NCBI GenBank assembly: GCA_963842695.1
Contig: CAWJHK010000006.1
Coordinates: 163,761 to 227,760, forward strand
Reading direction: 5' to 3'
Length of the DNA stretch: 64,000 nt
From: an uncultured Chloroflexia bacterium
GTDB lineage: Bacteria > Chloroflexota > Limnocylindria > Limnocylindrales > CSP1-4
Made by a program: the position numbers and the translations under genes. This document shows positions 30,846 through 40,220 of this stretch, in pieces. Below the pieces are notes generated by a model, which was not told the DNA's origin, ran no database searches, and worked only from the letters and a program-made list of their open reading frames with translations. Every line of letters starts with the position of its first letter. Positions within the stretch are counted from its first letter, which is position 1.

Positions 30846-33800
30846 GTGACCAGCCCGACCCGATCGCCCCGCCGTCGTGCCACGCCCAAGGCAGATGGTC
30901 CCGCCGCGACGCCGGTCGCTCCCGAGCGCAGCCCGTCCAATGGGCGTGCGAACGGGGGCCGCGCCCGGCTCGCGCCCGATCCCGACGGCGGCAGCGGCGA
31001 CATCCACGACCTGCTGATCGAGGCCGTCGACGAGGCGGCCCGCCTGCTCGACGCCGACGGCGCGATGGTCTACCTCATTGACCCAGCGACCGGCCATCTC
31101 CGGTTCGCCCACGATGCCGGGATCCGCAGCCGCCGGAGCCGTGCCTGGGTCCGCTCGATCGACCTGCCGATCGGCGTCGGGATGTTCGGCCAGGCCGTCG
31201 CCGAGCGCGGGGTCGTGCTCACGCACGACTACCTCGAGGACCCGGCGTTCACGCATGCCGAGGACACGGACCGGGTCGTCCGGGACATCGGCATCCGATC
31301 GATGGTCGTCGCTCCGCTGGTGGCGGGTGACACGGTGTTCGGCGCGCTCGGCACGTTCTCGGGACGGGCCGACGCCTTCAGCGCCGCCCAGATCGGCCTC
31401 GTCCGGGCCCTGGCCGACCATGCCGCCGCCGCGATGAGCAACGTCCGGCTGATCGAGGCGCTCGACAGCTCGCGCGACGAGCTCGCCAAGCGTGCCGACA
31501 TCGAACGCTCGCTGCGCGAGATCGGCGCACGGATCAGCGCCGCCGCCGATTTCAACGCCGTCCTGCAGCTGACCGTCGACGAGGCGGCGCGCCTGCTCGG
31601 CGCGGACGGCTCGCGGATCGACCTCGTCGACGAGACGACCGGGCTGCTGTTGGGCGCCTACGAGTCGGGCTCGCTGCGCCCGCTCGAGGAGCTCCCGCCT
31701 GACCCGAACGAGACGATCGATCAGGGCGTGGCCGGCCAGGCCGTCGTGACCGGCGCGCCGTTCTGGACCGGTGACTACCTGACGGACCAGCGGTTCAAGC
31801 ACCTGCCGGTCATCGACGGCTACATCAAAGAGGCAGGCGTCCGGTCCGTGCTGGCCGTCCCGCTGACCGGCGAGACGGGACCGTTCGGCGCCCTCCTCGT
31901 GTCGAGCGTCCGGGCGGATGCCTGGGGTGAGGCGGACGCCAGCCTGCTCGAGACGATCGCCGACCAGGCGTCGATCGCGATCCGCACGACGCGCCTGATC
32001 GGCGAGCTGGACCGCTCGCGCGATGCGCTCGGCCGGCGGGCCGAGGCGGAACAGGCGCTCCGCGAGATCGCCGCCCGGATCACGGTCCTCCGCGAGCCCG
32101 GCGACATCCTCCGCGACGTCGTCAAGCAGGCCGGCCGGCTGGTCCGCGCCGACGGCGTCATCCTCGACCTCCTCGATCCGGCCACCGGCAACCTCCACTG
32201 GGCGATGGACGACGGCCTGTCCGAGTTGTTCACCGAGGAGGAGCGCGCGGCACTGTGGATCTCGGTCGGCGTCGGCGCGACGGGCACCGCCGTTGCCGAG
32301 GACCGCGTGGTCCTGGCCGATGACGACCTGGCGTCGCAGTTCCCGCCCTCGGAGGAGTCGACCGACTTCTACCGCCGGACAGGGTTCCACTCGATGATCG
32401 CCGCGCCCATCACGGGCGACGCCGGTCCGCTCGGGGTGATCGAGGTCTATTCCCGGCAACGGGCGGCCTTCACCGCGACCGATGCCTCGCTCGTCGGCGC
32501 CCTGGCGAGCCAGGCCGCCATCGCCATCACGAACGCGCGGTTGATCGAGGAGCTTGCCCGTTCCCAGGTCGAGCTGTCGCGGGCCGCCGACGCCGAGCGG
32601 ACCCTTCGCGAGATCGCCAGCCGGGTGAGCGCCACCCACGACCAGGACGAGATCCTGCAGGCCGTGATCGATGCCTCCGTCCGCCTCCTCGGCGCGACCG
32701 GGGCGATGATCGACCTCCTCGGCGACACGGGCATGGCCGAGGCCTGGTCGAGCCGCGAGGCGGGCGCCCGCGCCTCGTTCAACATGCCCCTCCTGGGCGA
32801 GGTCAACCTCGCTCCCGACGCCGGCGTATCGGGCCGGGCACTGCGGACCCGACGGGTCGAGTGGACCGGGAACTATCTCGACGACGACCGCTTCCGCCAT
32901 ACCAGGGCCCGCGACGCGTTCGTCCGCGAGAGCGGGATCCGCTCGGTGATCGCCGCCCCGCTCATCCACCGCGAGGTCGTGGTCGGCGCGATCACCGTCT
33001 ACGGCGACCGCCCCGACGCGTTCGGCGAGGAGGACGCGGGGTTGCTCTCGGCGCTGGCCGACCAGGCCGCGGTCGCGATCGCCAACGCCCGCCTGATCGA
33101 CGAGCTCGAACGCTCGCGCGGGGAGGTCGCCCGGCGTGCAGACTCGGAGCGGACGCTCCGCGAGATCGCGGCCACGGTGTCGGCCATCCTCGAGCCGGAC
33201 GAGGTCCTTCAGCGGATCGTCGACGAGACGACCCGGCTGCTCGAGTCGGATGGAGCGCGCATCGACCTGTGGGACCCGGCGATCGAGGCCCTGCGCTGGT
33301 CCTACGCCGCCGGCGAGGCGATGGCCGTGGTCCCGCAGTGGGCGATGGAGGGCGGCCTGAAGCCGGGCCAGGCAGTAGCCGGCACGGCCTTCCAGGAGCG
33401 CCGCGCGGTGCGCACCGACGACTACCTGGCCGACACCCGTTTCGTCCAGGACGACGCGGCCCGGTCGTTCGTCGAGGACGCCGGCATCCGCTCGGTCATC
33501 GCCGTACCGCTGCCAGGCGAGACCGAGCCGATCGGCACGCTGTCGGTGGTATCGCGGTCCGTGGGCGCCTATGACGACGCGGACGGCGAGGTCCTGACCG
33601 CCCTGGCCACGCAGGCCTCGATCGCGATCCGCAACGCGCGCCTGATCGAGGAGCTCGCGAGATCGCGGGGGGTGATCGAACGCCGGGCCGAGGCCGAGCA
33701 GGCCCTCCGCGAGATCGCCACCCGGATCACCGCCATCCGCCGCCCGGACGACCTGCTCCAGCGGATCGTGGACGAGGCGCGCCGGCTCCTCCGCGCCGAC

Positions 33801-36800
33801 GGCGCGGTCATCGACGAATACGATGCGGTCGAAGGTGTCCTGGTCACGGCCTATGACGCGGGTCTGACCGAGGTCCAGCGCCAGTCCGTCCGGGCGACCC
33901 GCCTGCGGACGGGGGAGGGCCTGTCGGGCCGGGCGATGACGGAGGGCCGGGTCATCGCCGCCGGCGACTACCTCGAAGGCGAGTTCACCCACGTCGACTC
34001 GACCGACGCGCTCGCGCGCGAGACCGGGATCGGCGATCTCATCGTCGCACCGATCATCGGCGACGAGGGACCGTTGGGCGCGATCGAGGTCTACCGTCGG
34101 GATCGGCATGCCTTCGACGACATCGACGCCGCCGTGCTGGGCGGGCTGGCGGACCAGGCGGCCATCGCCATCACCAACGCTCGGCTGATCGAGGAGCTCG
34201 AGCGCTCGCAGGCGGCCGTCGCCCAGCGGGCCGACACGGAGCGGGCCCTGCGCGACATCACGGCCCGGATCGCGGCCCTGCGCGAGGTCGACGTCATCCT
34301 CGACCGCGTCGTCGACGAAGCCCAGCGCCTGCTCCGGAGCGACGGCGCGCACCTCACCCGGATGAGCGACGACGGCACGTACCTCGTGCCAGTGGTGGTG
34401 AGCGGGGCGAAGGGATCCAAGACCGGATCGTGGCTGCTCGGAAAGCGCTTCCCGGTCAATGGCGGCATCAACGGACTCGCGGCGGCGAGTGTCCATCCGA
34501 TCTGGACGAGCGACTACGCGAAGGACGAGCGGATCCCGCACGACCCGGACGACATCGACGTCGCGAAGCGGATGGGCCTCGTCGGGATGGCCGCCGCCCC
34601 CCTGCGGGCGCCCGGCGGCGAGGTCTTCGGGACGCTGGCGATCTCGTCGGAGCGGGCGCGAACCTTCGACGCCGAGGAGCTCGACCTCCTCCAGGGCCTC
34701 GCCGATCAGGCGGCCATCGCGATCACCAACTCGACGCTGCTCAGCCGCCTGACAGAGTCCGAGGAGCGCTATCGCTACCTCGTCGAGAACGCGCCGGACA
34801 TCGTCTGGTCGATCGACGCGGACACGCGGCTGACCTTCGTTTCCGATGCCGCCGAGCGGCTGACCGGCTTCCGCCCTGACGAGCTCGTCGGGCGCCAGTT
34901 CGGGGATCTCCTCCACCCGTCCTCGCGCGAGGTGGCCGAGTTCGACTGGGCGGCCGGCATGACGGCCGGCTCGCAGGAGGTCCGCGGCCGGGTCAACCTG
35001 TTCGGCCGCGACGGCTCGGCCATCCCGGCCGAGTTCATCGCCACGGCCCGACTCGACGACGACGGCGCGTTCATCGGCGCCAACGGCTCCGTCCGCGACA
35101 TGCGCGACCGCGACCGGCTCGAGCGCGACCTGCAGGAATCGGAGATCCGCTACCGGACGCTCGCCTCGTCGTCGCCGGACCTCGTCTTCGCCACCGATGC
35201 CGACGGCCGCTACACCTTCCTGAGCGACCGTGCCCAGGACGTGCTGGGCTGGGACCGCGAGGCATCCATCGGGATGCACTTCAGCGAGTTCGTGGCGCCC
35301 GGTGCCGAGGCGGCCGCGGCGGCGAGCTACACCGAGCTGATGGCGGCCCCGACCGAGGTCCACACCTCGCGCATCGAGTTCAAGCGCGGCGACGGGACGC
35401 CGATCCCGCTCGAGATCAACGTCGTCGGGAGCCTGGAGAACGGCCGGCTATCCGCCATCCACGGCGTCGCCCGCGACGTGTCCGAGCGCGAGCGTCTCGA
35501 GCGCGAGCTGCACGAGTCGGAGGCGCGCTACCGCCAGCTCGTCCAGACGACCCCGGACGTCATCTACCGCTGTGACGCGGACGGCCGGTTCCTGTTCATG
35601 GCCGAGGGTGCCGAAGTGCTGTTCGGCTGGAAGCCCGAGGAGATCAGCGGCCTGACCTTTGCCGACCTGACCGCCGATGAGTCGCTGGCCGAGGCTCTCG
35701 CCAACTTCGCCGAGCAGGGCCACGAGCACGACGTCATCCGCCGCTTCCGATACATGCTCAAGCGCCGGGACGGCTCGATCTTCCCCGGCGACATCTCCGC
35801 GGTGTCGGTCTGGGAGGACGGCCGGTTCGCGGGCGTGCAGGGCACGGTCCGCGACGTCAGCGACCAGGAGCGCCTCGAGCGCGAGCTCCGCGATTCGCAG
35901 GAACGCTATCGGTTCCTCGTCGAGAACTCACCCGACGTCGTGTTCGCGACCGATGCCGAGGGCCGGTTCACCTTCATGTCGGAGTCGATGGAGCGGATCA
36001 GTGGGTGGCGGCCGGACGAGGTCACCGGCGAGCATTTTTCGACGGTCGTCGACGAGAGCAGTCATGCCGAGGCTCTCGAGCGCTGGGATGCGCTCATCGC
36101 CGACCCGACCCTCGAGCAGGTCGCGGTGCTCAAGCTGCGCAGCCCGGACGGCCGGCTCATCCCCGTCGAGATCAGCTCGGTCGGGATCGTCGACGCGGCC
36201 GGTCGGTTCGGCGGGATCCACGGCTCGACCCGCGACATCAGCGAGCGTGACCGCCTCGAGCGCGAGCTGCGTGAATCCGAGGAGCGCTATCGCTATCTCG
36301 TGGCCTCGTCGCCGGACCTCGTGTGGCTGACCGACGCCGCCGGCACGCTGACCTTTATCAGCGACGCGGCGCGATCGATGCTCGGCTTCGAGCCGACCGA
36401 CCTGATGGGCCACCCGTACGCCGACATCTTCGCCCCGAGCGCCCGGCGCGATGCGACCATCCGGTTCCGCTGGCTGGCGCGCCACCCGAGCGCCGTCCAC
36501 CGCATGCGGCTGCCGTTCCGTCACGCCGACGGCCACGACGTGATGGTCGAGATCAACGGCACCGGGATGGCCAACGACGGGACGTTCGTCGGTGCCCACG
36601 GCGCGGCCCGCGATGTCAGCGAGCGCGACCGGCTCGAGCGGGACCTGCGCCGCCAGGCCGGCGAGCTGGCGGCCGGCGAGGAACGCGCCCATCTCGCCCG
36701 CGAGCTCCATGACTCTGTGACGCAGGCGTTGTTCTCGATGACGCTCGTGTCGCGATCGGTCGAGATGCTCCTCGACCGCGATCCCGAGGCGGCCAGGACG

Positions 36801-37334
36801 CAGCTCGCCCAGCTCCGCGACCTCCAGCGCGAGGCCCTCGCGGAGATGCGGGCCTTGATCTTCGAGCTGCGTCCCGGAAACCTGGAGCAGGACGGCCTGA
36901 CCCGGGCCCTGAAGACGCACACCGCGGCCCTCCAGGGCCGGATCGGTCTGCCGGTCGTGGTCGAGAGCACGGTCGACGAACGCCTTCCACTGCCGATCGA
37001 GGAGGTCCTCTACCGGATCGCCCAGGAGGCCCTCCACAACGTGGTCAAGCACGCCAACGCTCAGCAGGTTCGTGTCGAGCTCGGTCGCGTCTCGAGCGGC
37101 GTCCGCCTCCGGATCACCGACGACGGCCGCGGCTTCGATCCCGAGCGCGTGCCGGCCGGCCACCTGGGGCTGGCCGGGATGCAGGCACGGGCCACGAAGA
37201 TCGGCGCGCGGTTCACCTGCCGCAGTGAGCCCGGCTCGGGGACGACCATCGACGTGACCGTCCCGAACGCGGCGATCGCCGGCGGGGGGGCGGTTCCGGA
37301 AACGGCGGAGCCGGCGTCGATCCGCGACGGATGA
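30846..37334 (+). CDS. giant soluble sensor histidine kinase: 7 GAF + 5 PAS + HisKA_3 + HATPase (2162 aa)
   Basis: Seven repeats ending (A/G)LAxQAxIAIxNxRL, five xSEERYRxLV...PD...RD PAS/PAC units, H-box ERAHLARELHD, QEALHNVVKHA, DDGRGF, GLAGM. No TM segment; TATCCT-N6-GTG. Confidence 0.93.
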   Translation: MTSPTRSPRRRATPKADGPAATPVAPERSPSNGRANGGRARLAPDPDGGSGDIHDLLIEAVDEAARLLDADGAMVYLIDPATGHLRFAHDAGIRSRRSRAWVRSIDLPIGVGMFGQAVAERGVVLTHDYLEDPAFTHAEDTDRVVRDIGIRSMVVAPLVAGDTVFGALGTFSGRADAFSAAQIGLVRALADHAAAAMSNVRLIEALDSSRDELAKRADIERSLREIGARISAAADFNAVLQLTVDEAARLLGADGSRIDLVDETTGLLLGAYESGSLRPLEELPPDPNETIDQGVAGQAVVTGAPFWTGDYLTDQRFKHLPVIDGYIKEAGVRSVLAVPLTGETGPFGALLVSSVRADAWGEADASLLETIADQASIAIRTTRLIGELDRSRDALGRRAEAEQALREIAARITVLREPGDILRDVVKQAGRLVRADGVILDLLDPATGNLHWAMDDGLSELFTEEERAALWISVGVGATGTAVAEDRVVLADDDLASQFPPSEESTDFYRRTGFHSMIAAPITGDAGPLGVIEVYSRQRAAFTATDASLVGALASQAAIAITNARLIEELARSQVELSRAADAERTLREIASRVSATHDQDEILQAVIDASVRLLGATGAMIDLLGDTGMAEAWSSREAGARASFNMPLLGEVNLAPDAGVSGRALRTRRVEWTGNYLDDDRFRHTRARDAFVRESGIRSVIAAPLIHREVVVGAITVYGDRPDAFGEEDAGLLSALADQAAVAIANARLIDELERSRGEVARRADSERTLREIAATVSAILEPDEVLQRIVDETTRLLESDGARIDLWDPAIEALRWSYAAGEAMAVVPQWAMEGGLKPGQAVAGTAFQERRAVRTDDYLADTRFVQDDAARSFVEDAGIRSVIAVPLPGETEPIGTLSVVSRSVGAYDDADGEVLTALATQASIAIRNARLIEELARSRGVIERRAEAEQALREIATRITAIRRPDDLLQRIVDEARRLLRADGAVIDEYDAVEGVLVTAYDAGLTEVQRQSVRATRLRTGEGLSGRAMTEGRVIAAGDYLEGEFTHVDSTDALARETGIGDLIVAPIIGDEGPLGAIEVYRRDRHAFDDIDAAVLGGLADQAAIAITNARLIEELERSQAAVAQRADTERALRDITARIAALREVDVILDRVVDEAQRLLRSDGAHLTRMSDDGTYLVPVVVSGAKGSKTGSWLLGKRFPVNGGINGLAAASVHPIWTSDYAKDERIPHDPDDIDVAKRMGLVGMAAAPLRAPGGEVFGTLAISSERARTFDAEELDLLQGLADQAAIAITNSTLLSRLTESEERYRYLVENAPDIVWSIDADTRLTFVSDAAERLTGFRPDELVGRQFGDLLHPSSREVAEFDWAAGMTAGSQEVRGRVNLFGRDGSAIPAEFIATARLDDDGAFIGANGSVRDMRDRDRLERDLQESEIRYRTLASSSPDLVFATDADGRYTFLSDRAQDVLGWDREASIGMHFSEFVAPGAEAAAAASYTELMAAPTEVHTSRIEFKRGDGTPIPLEINVVGSLENGRLSAIHGVARDVSERERLERELHESEARYRQLVQTTPDVIYRCDADGRFLFMAEGAEVLFGWKPEEISGLTFADLTADESLAEALANFAEQGHEHDVIRRFRYMLKRRDGSIFPGDISAVSVWEDGRFAGVQGTVRDVSDQERLERELRDSQERYRFLVENSPDVVFATDAEGRFTFMSESMERISGWRPDEVTGEHFSTVVDESSHAEALERWDALIADPTLEQVAVLKLRSPDGRLIPVEISSVGIVDAAGRFGGIHGSTRDISERDRLERELRESEERYRYLVASSPDLVWLTDAAGTLTFISDAARSMLGFEPTDLMGHPYADIFAPSARRDATIRFRWLARHPSAVHRMRLPFRHADGHDVMVEINGTGMANDGTFVGAHGAARDVSERDRLERDLRRQAGELAAGEERAHLARELHDSVTQALFSMTLVSRSVEMLLDRDPEAARTQLAQLRDLQREALAEMRALIFELRPGNLEQDGLTRALKTHTAALQGRIGLPVVVESTVDERLPLPIEEVLYRIAQEALHNVVKHANAQQVRVELGRVSSGVRLRITDDGRGFDPERVPAGHLGLAGMQARATKIGARFTCRSEPGSGTTIDVTVPNAAIAGGGAVPETAEPASIRDG

Positions 37335-37419
37335 CGTAGACACCGCGGACGTTCCGCCGATGGCCGCCATGGCCGGTCGTCCGTTCCGCGTCCGCGGATG
37401 ACACCGCGACGATGGCGGC

Positions 37420-37830
37420 ATGCAGGCCGATCCCGGCGTCCCCGCCCCCCTTCGTGTCGTCGTCGTCGACGCGGACGACCGGGTGCGGGAGAGCCTGTCA
37501 CGCCTGCTCTGCATCGGCGATCGATTGAGGGTCGTCGGGATGGCCGGTGAGCCGGACCCCGCGCTCGATGTCGTCCGAGCGACCCGACCCGACGTGGTCG
37601 TCGTCGACCCGCGCCTGCCCGAGGTCGACAACGGTGTCAGCTTCCTGCGCCGCCTGCGCCGTGCCGCGCCGGAGGTTCGGGTGCTGGTGATGAGCGGCAC
37701 GGACCTTCCCGAGATGGACGAGGTGACGCCACTCGCGGACGGGGTCGTGCGCAAGACCTACCGTGCCACGGAGCTGCTGACAGCGATCCTCGGCGCGACG
37801 GTGATCCTCCCGCTGCTCGCCCTCGTCTGA
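37420..37830 (+). CDS. single-domain response regulator
   Basis: VVVVDAD, phosphoacceptor PDVVVVD, LVMS, VRK; no output domain. Confidence 0.8.
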   Translation: MQADPGVPAPLRVVVVDADDRVRESLSRLLCIGDRLRVVGMAGEPDPALDVVRATRPDVVVVDPRLPEVDNGVSFLRRLRRAAPEVRVLVMSGTDLPEMDEVTPLADGVVRKTYRATELLTAILGATVILPLLALV

Positions 37831-37918
37831 CCGCCGTCACGACGGCGCTTTGCTAGACTCGATGCCGCCGTCGGCGTCGACGGACCCGCGCCCTGCCGAT
37901 CCCGTCACTGGAGGCGAC

Positions 37919-38584
37919 GTGACTGACGCGCCCGTCATCCGCGTGCTCATCGTCGACGACCACTCGGTCGTGCGGATGGGCCTTCGCATGTTCTTCGAGC
38001 AGCTGCCCGATATCGAGGTCGTCGGCGAGGCGACCGACGGCTCGGAAGGCGTGGCGATGGCCCGACGTCTCGAGCCGGACGTGGTCCTGATGGACCTCCT
38101 CATGCCCAACATGGACGGCGTCACCGCCATCGGCCGGATCAAGGCCGAGCGTCCGGTCACCGAGATCGTGACCATGACCTCGTTCATCGAAGAGGAGCAG
38201 GTCACCGCCGCCCTCGAGGCCGGCGCCTCCGGCTACGTCCTGAAGGACGCCGAGGCCGAGGAGGTCGCCGCCGCGGTCCGGGCGGCCTACAACGGAGAGG
38301 TCCACCTCGACCCGGCCGTGGCCCGCCTGCTCGCCCAGCGGATGCGCAACCGGAAGAGTCCCGAGGACTCGCTCGTCGAGCCGCTGACCGACCGCGAGAA
38401 GGACGTCCTGCGCCTGCTCGGGCAGGGGATGAGCAACAAGGAGATCGGGGCGGCCCTGTTCATCACCGAGCGGACGGCCCGGACGTACGTGTCGAACATC
38501 CTGGGCAAGCTCGGCCTGGCATCTCGGACGCAGGCCGCCCTCTATGCCGTCGAGCACAAGCTCGTGGAGCCGCCGAAGGGCTGA
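37919..38584 (+). CDS. NarL/LuxR family response regulator
   Basis: GGAGG RBS; IVDDH, DVVLMD, GYVLK, LTDREKDVL...GMSNKEIG...ILGKLG..SRTQAA. Confidence 0.95.
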   Translation: MTDAPVIRVLIVDDHSVVRMGLRMFFEQLPDIEVVGEATDGSEGVAMARRLEPDVVLMDLLMPNMDGVTAIGRIKAERPVTEIVTMTSFIEEEQVTAALEAGASGYVLKDAEAEEVAAAVRAAYNGEVHLDPAVARLLAQRMRNRKSPEDSLVEPLTDREKDVLRLLGQGMSNKEIGAALFITERTARTYVSNILGKLGLASRTQAALYAVEHKLVEPPKG

Positions 38585-38895
38585 GCTCCGGGGACGTTCC
38601 GTGCGGCCGGCCCGCGCCGGCAAGGCCGGTCGGCCCGGCCGAGTTCCTGCCAGATGCCCGCCACGCGGGCACACGGCACGTCCTGCGCGGCCGGCGGCGA
38701 CCGATCCTGCATCGTCATTCACCACGTGGATGACAATGAACGTAGCGCCGCACTCGTCGACCGCATGACTATGCAACCGCCGGCCGGACCAGCCCGATGC
38801 CCGTGCCGAAGGTTCGCCTGACGGGCATTTGGCGGAAACGGTGCGGACACGCCATCGAGCGCGCGTCCGGCCCGAGGCCGGCGCCCGCGCCGACC

Positions 38896-40155
38896 CTATT
38901 CGATCGCCAGGACCCGGTACTCCCGAGCGCCCGCGGGCGCCGTGACCGTGACCACATCGCCCACGTCACGACCGAGCAGCGCCCGCCCGACCGGGGACGC
39001 CGAGGAGATCCGGCCGCGACCCGGATCAGCCTCGGCCGCCCCGACGATCGTGTAGCTGACGGTCTCGCCGTCGTCGTCGAGGGTCACGACCGAGCCCAGC
39101 CCGACACGCGACCCGGCCGCCGGCGCGGTGACGATCACCGCGGTCCGCAGCCGCGCCTCGATCGCCTGGACCCGCCCCTCGAGGAACGACTGCTCCTCGC
39201 GGGCCGCGTGGTATTCGGCATTCTCCTTGAGGTCGCCGTGCTCCTTCGCCGTCCGGATCCGGGCCACGACCTCCCGCCGTCGAACGGTGGTCAGCTCGTC
39301 GAGCTCGGCGCGAAGCCGCGTCTCTCCCTCGGGCGTGAGGGCCGTCGCGTCGACCGTGGTGGCGCCCCCGCCTCCATCACCGGCCGTCCCCGCTCCGCCC
39401 GCGCCGGCCCCGACGGTCGCCGTTGACGGCCCAGACCGGCCTGCCGCCCCGGATCCGACCCGACCCGACCGTGCCTTCCGTGGCGGCGGCTCGCCACGCG
39501 CGCCCTCCGCGTCGCCATCGGGCACGTTCACGACCCGGGTCGGTGGCGGGGGCGGCGCGGCCGGCTCCACGACGATCGAGCCGGTCAGCCCGGTCGCCTT
39601 CCGCTCACCGGTCGCGGTCCGCAGGTTGGCCCACGGAAGGACGACGTCCCGGTCGGGCAGAGCCGCCACGTCGGCCGGCGGGACACCGGCGGCAAAGGCC
39701 GTCAGCAGCGCATCCTCGTACTCCTCGGTGGCCTCGGTCGGCGCCCACCAGATCCGCACTGCGTCGAGTGACCGCATCGCCTTGAGCCAGTGGGCCGCCG
39801 AGTTCGGGCGCCGGTCGCCGAGCTCCGTCCGGTCGATTGCGGCCAGTCGCCGGGCGATCGAGGCATCCGCAGCACCGACGTACAGGATCGTCTGCGACGG
39901 CAGCCAGAATGCGGCCAGTCGGGCCGAGACCGCCTTCGACGACGGCCGCTCACCATCGAGTCGCATGGTCTCCACCCGCTCGACCCATTTCCCGACACGG
40001 GTCAGCTCGATCGGCGCGGTCGCCAGCGGCGCCGGCAGCTCGACGACGAAGACGCCCGGTCCCGTGGCGGGAACCGGCCGACCCCAGCGAACGGGGCCGT
40101 CGGCGAGGAGGCCGACCGCGCGGAGCAGCGAGGCAGCATCCGCGCCCGGGGTCAT
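38896..40155 (-). CDS. greA: GIY-YIG-like domain fused to transcription elongation factor GreA
   Basis: C-terminal ~150 aa: LTPEG..RL..EL..L...RR, HGDLKENAEYHAAREEQ, VGLGS.V, YTIVG..EADP..GRIS..SPVGRALLG. N-terminal ~195 aa: PGVFVV, ILYVG, RRL, EYED, LPWAN. Confidence 0.85.
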   Translation of the reverse strand: MTPGADAASLLRAVGLLADGPVRWGRPVPATGPGVFVVELPAPLATAPIELTRVGKWVERVETMRLDGERPSSKAVSARLAAFWLPSQTILYVGAADASIARRLAAIDRTELGDRRPNSAAHWLKAMRSLDAVRIWWAPTEATEEYEDALLTAFAAGVPPADVAALPDRDVVLPWANLRTATGERKATGLTGSIVVEPAAPPPPPTRVVNVPDGDAEGARGEPPPRKARSGRVGSGAAGRSGPSTATVGAGAGGAGTAGDGGGGATTVDATALTPEGETRLRAELDELTTVRRREVVARIRTAKEHGDLKENAEYHAAREEQSFLEGRVQAIEARLRTAVIVTAPAAGSRVGLGSVVTLDDDGETVSYTIVGAAEADPGRGRISSASPVGRALLGRDVGDVVTVTAPAGAREYRVLAIE

Positions 40156-40220
40156 CGGTCGATGGTACAGGTCGGCCGGTCGGGGTATCGTGCGGCGAGC
40201 ATGACCTGCCCACCTTCCAC

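Noticed and set aside
29739-35363. 1874-aa antisense ORF, and similar long shadow ORFs (56590..59385, 59956..62892, 3319..5694)
   Set aside because: Stop-poor shadow frames of GC3-biased genes with no recognisable domains, apart from the real short genes they happen to include.
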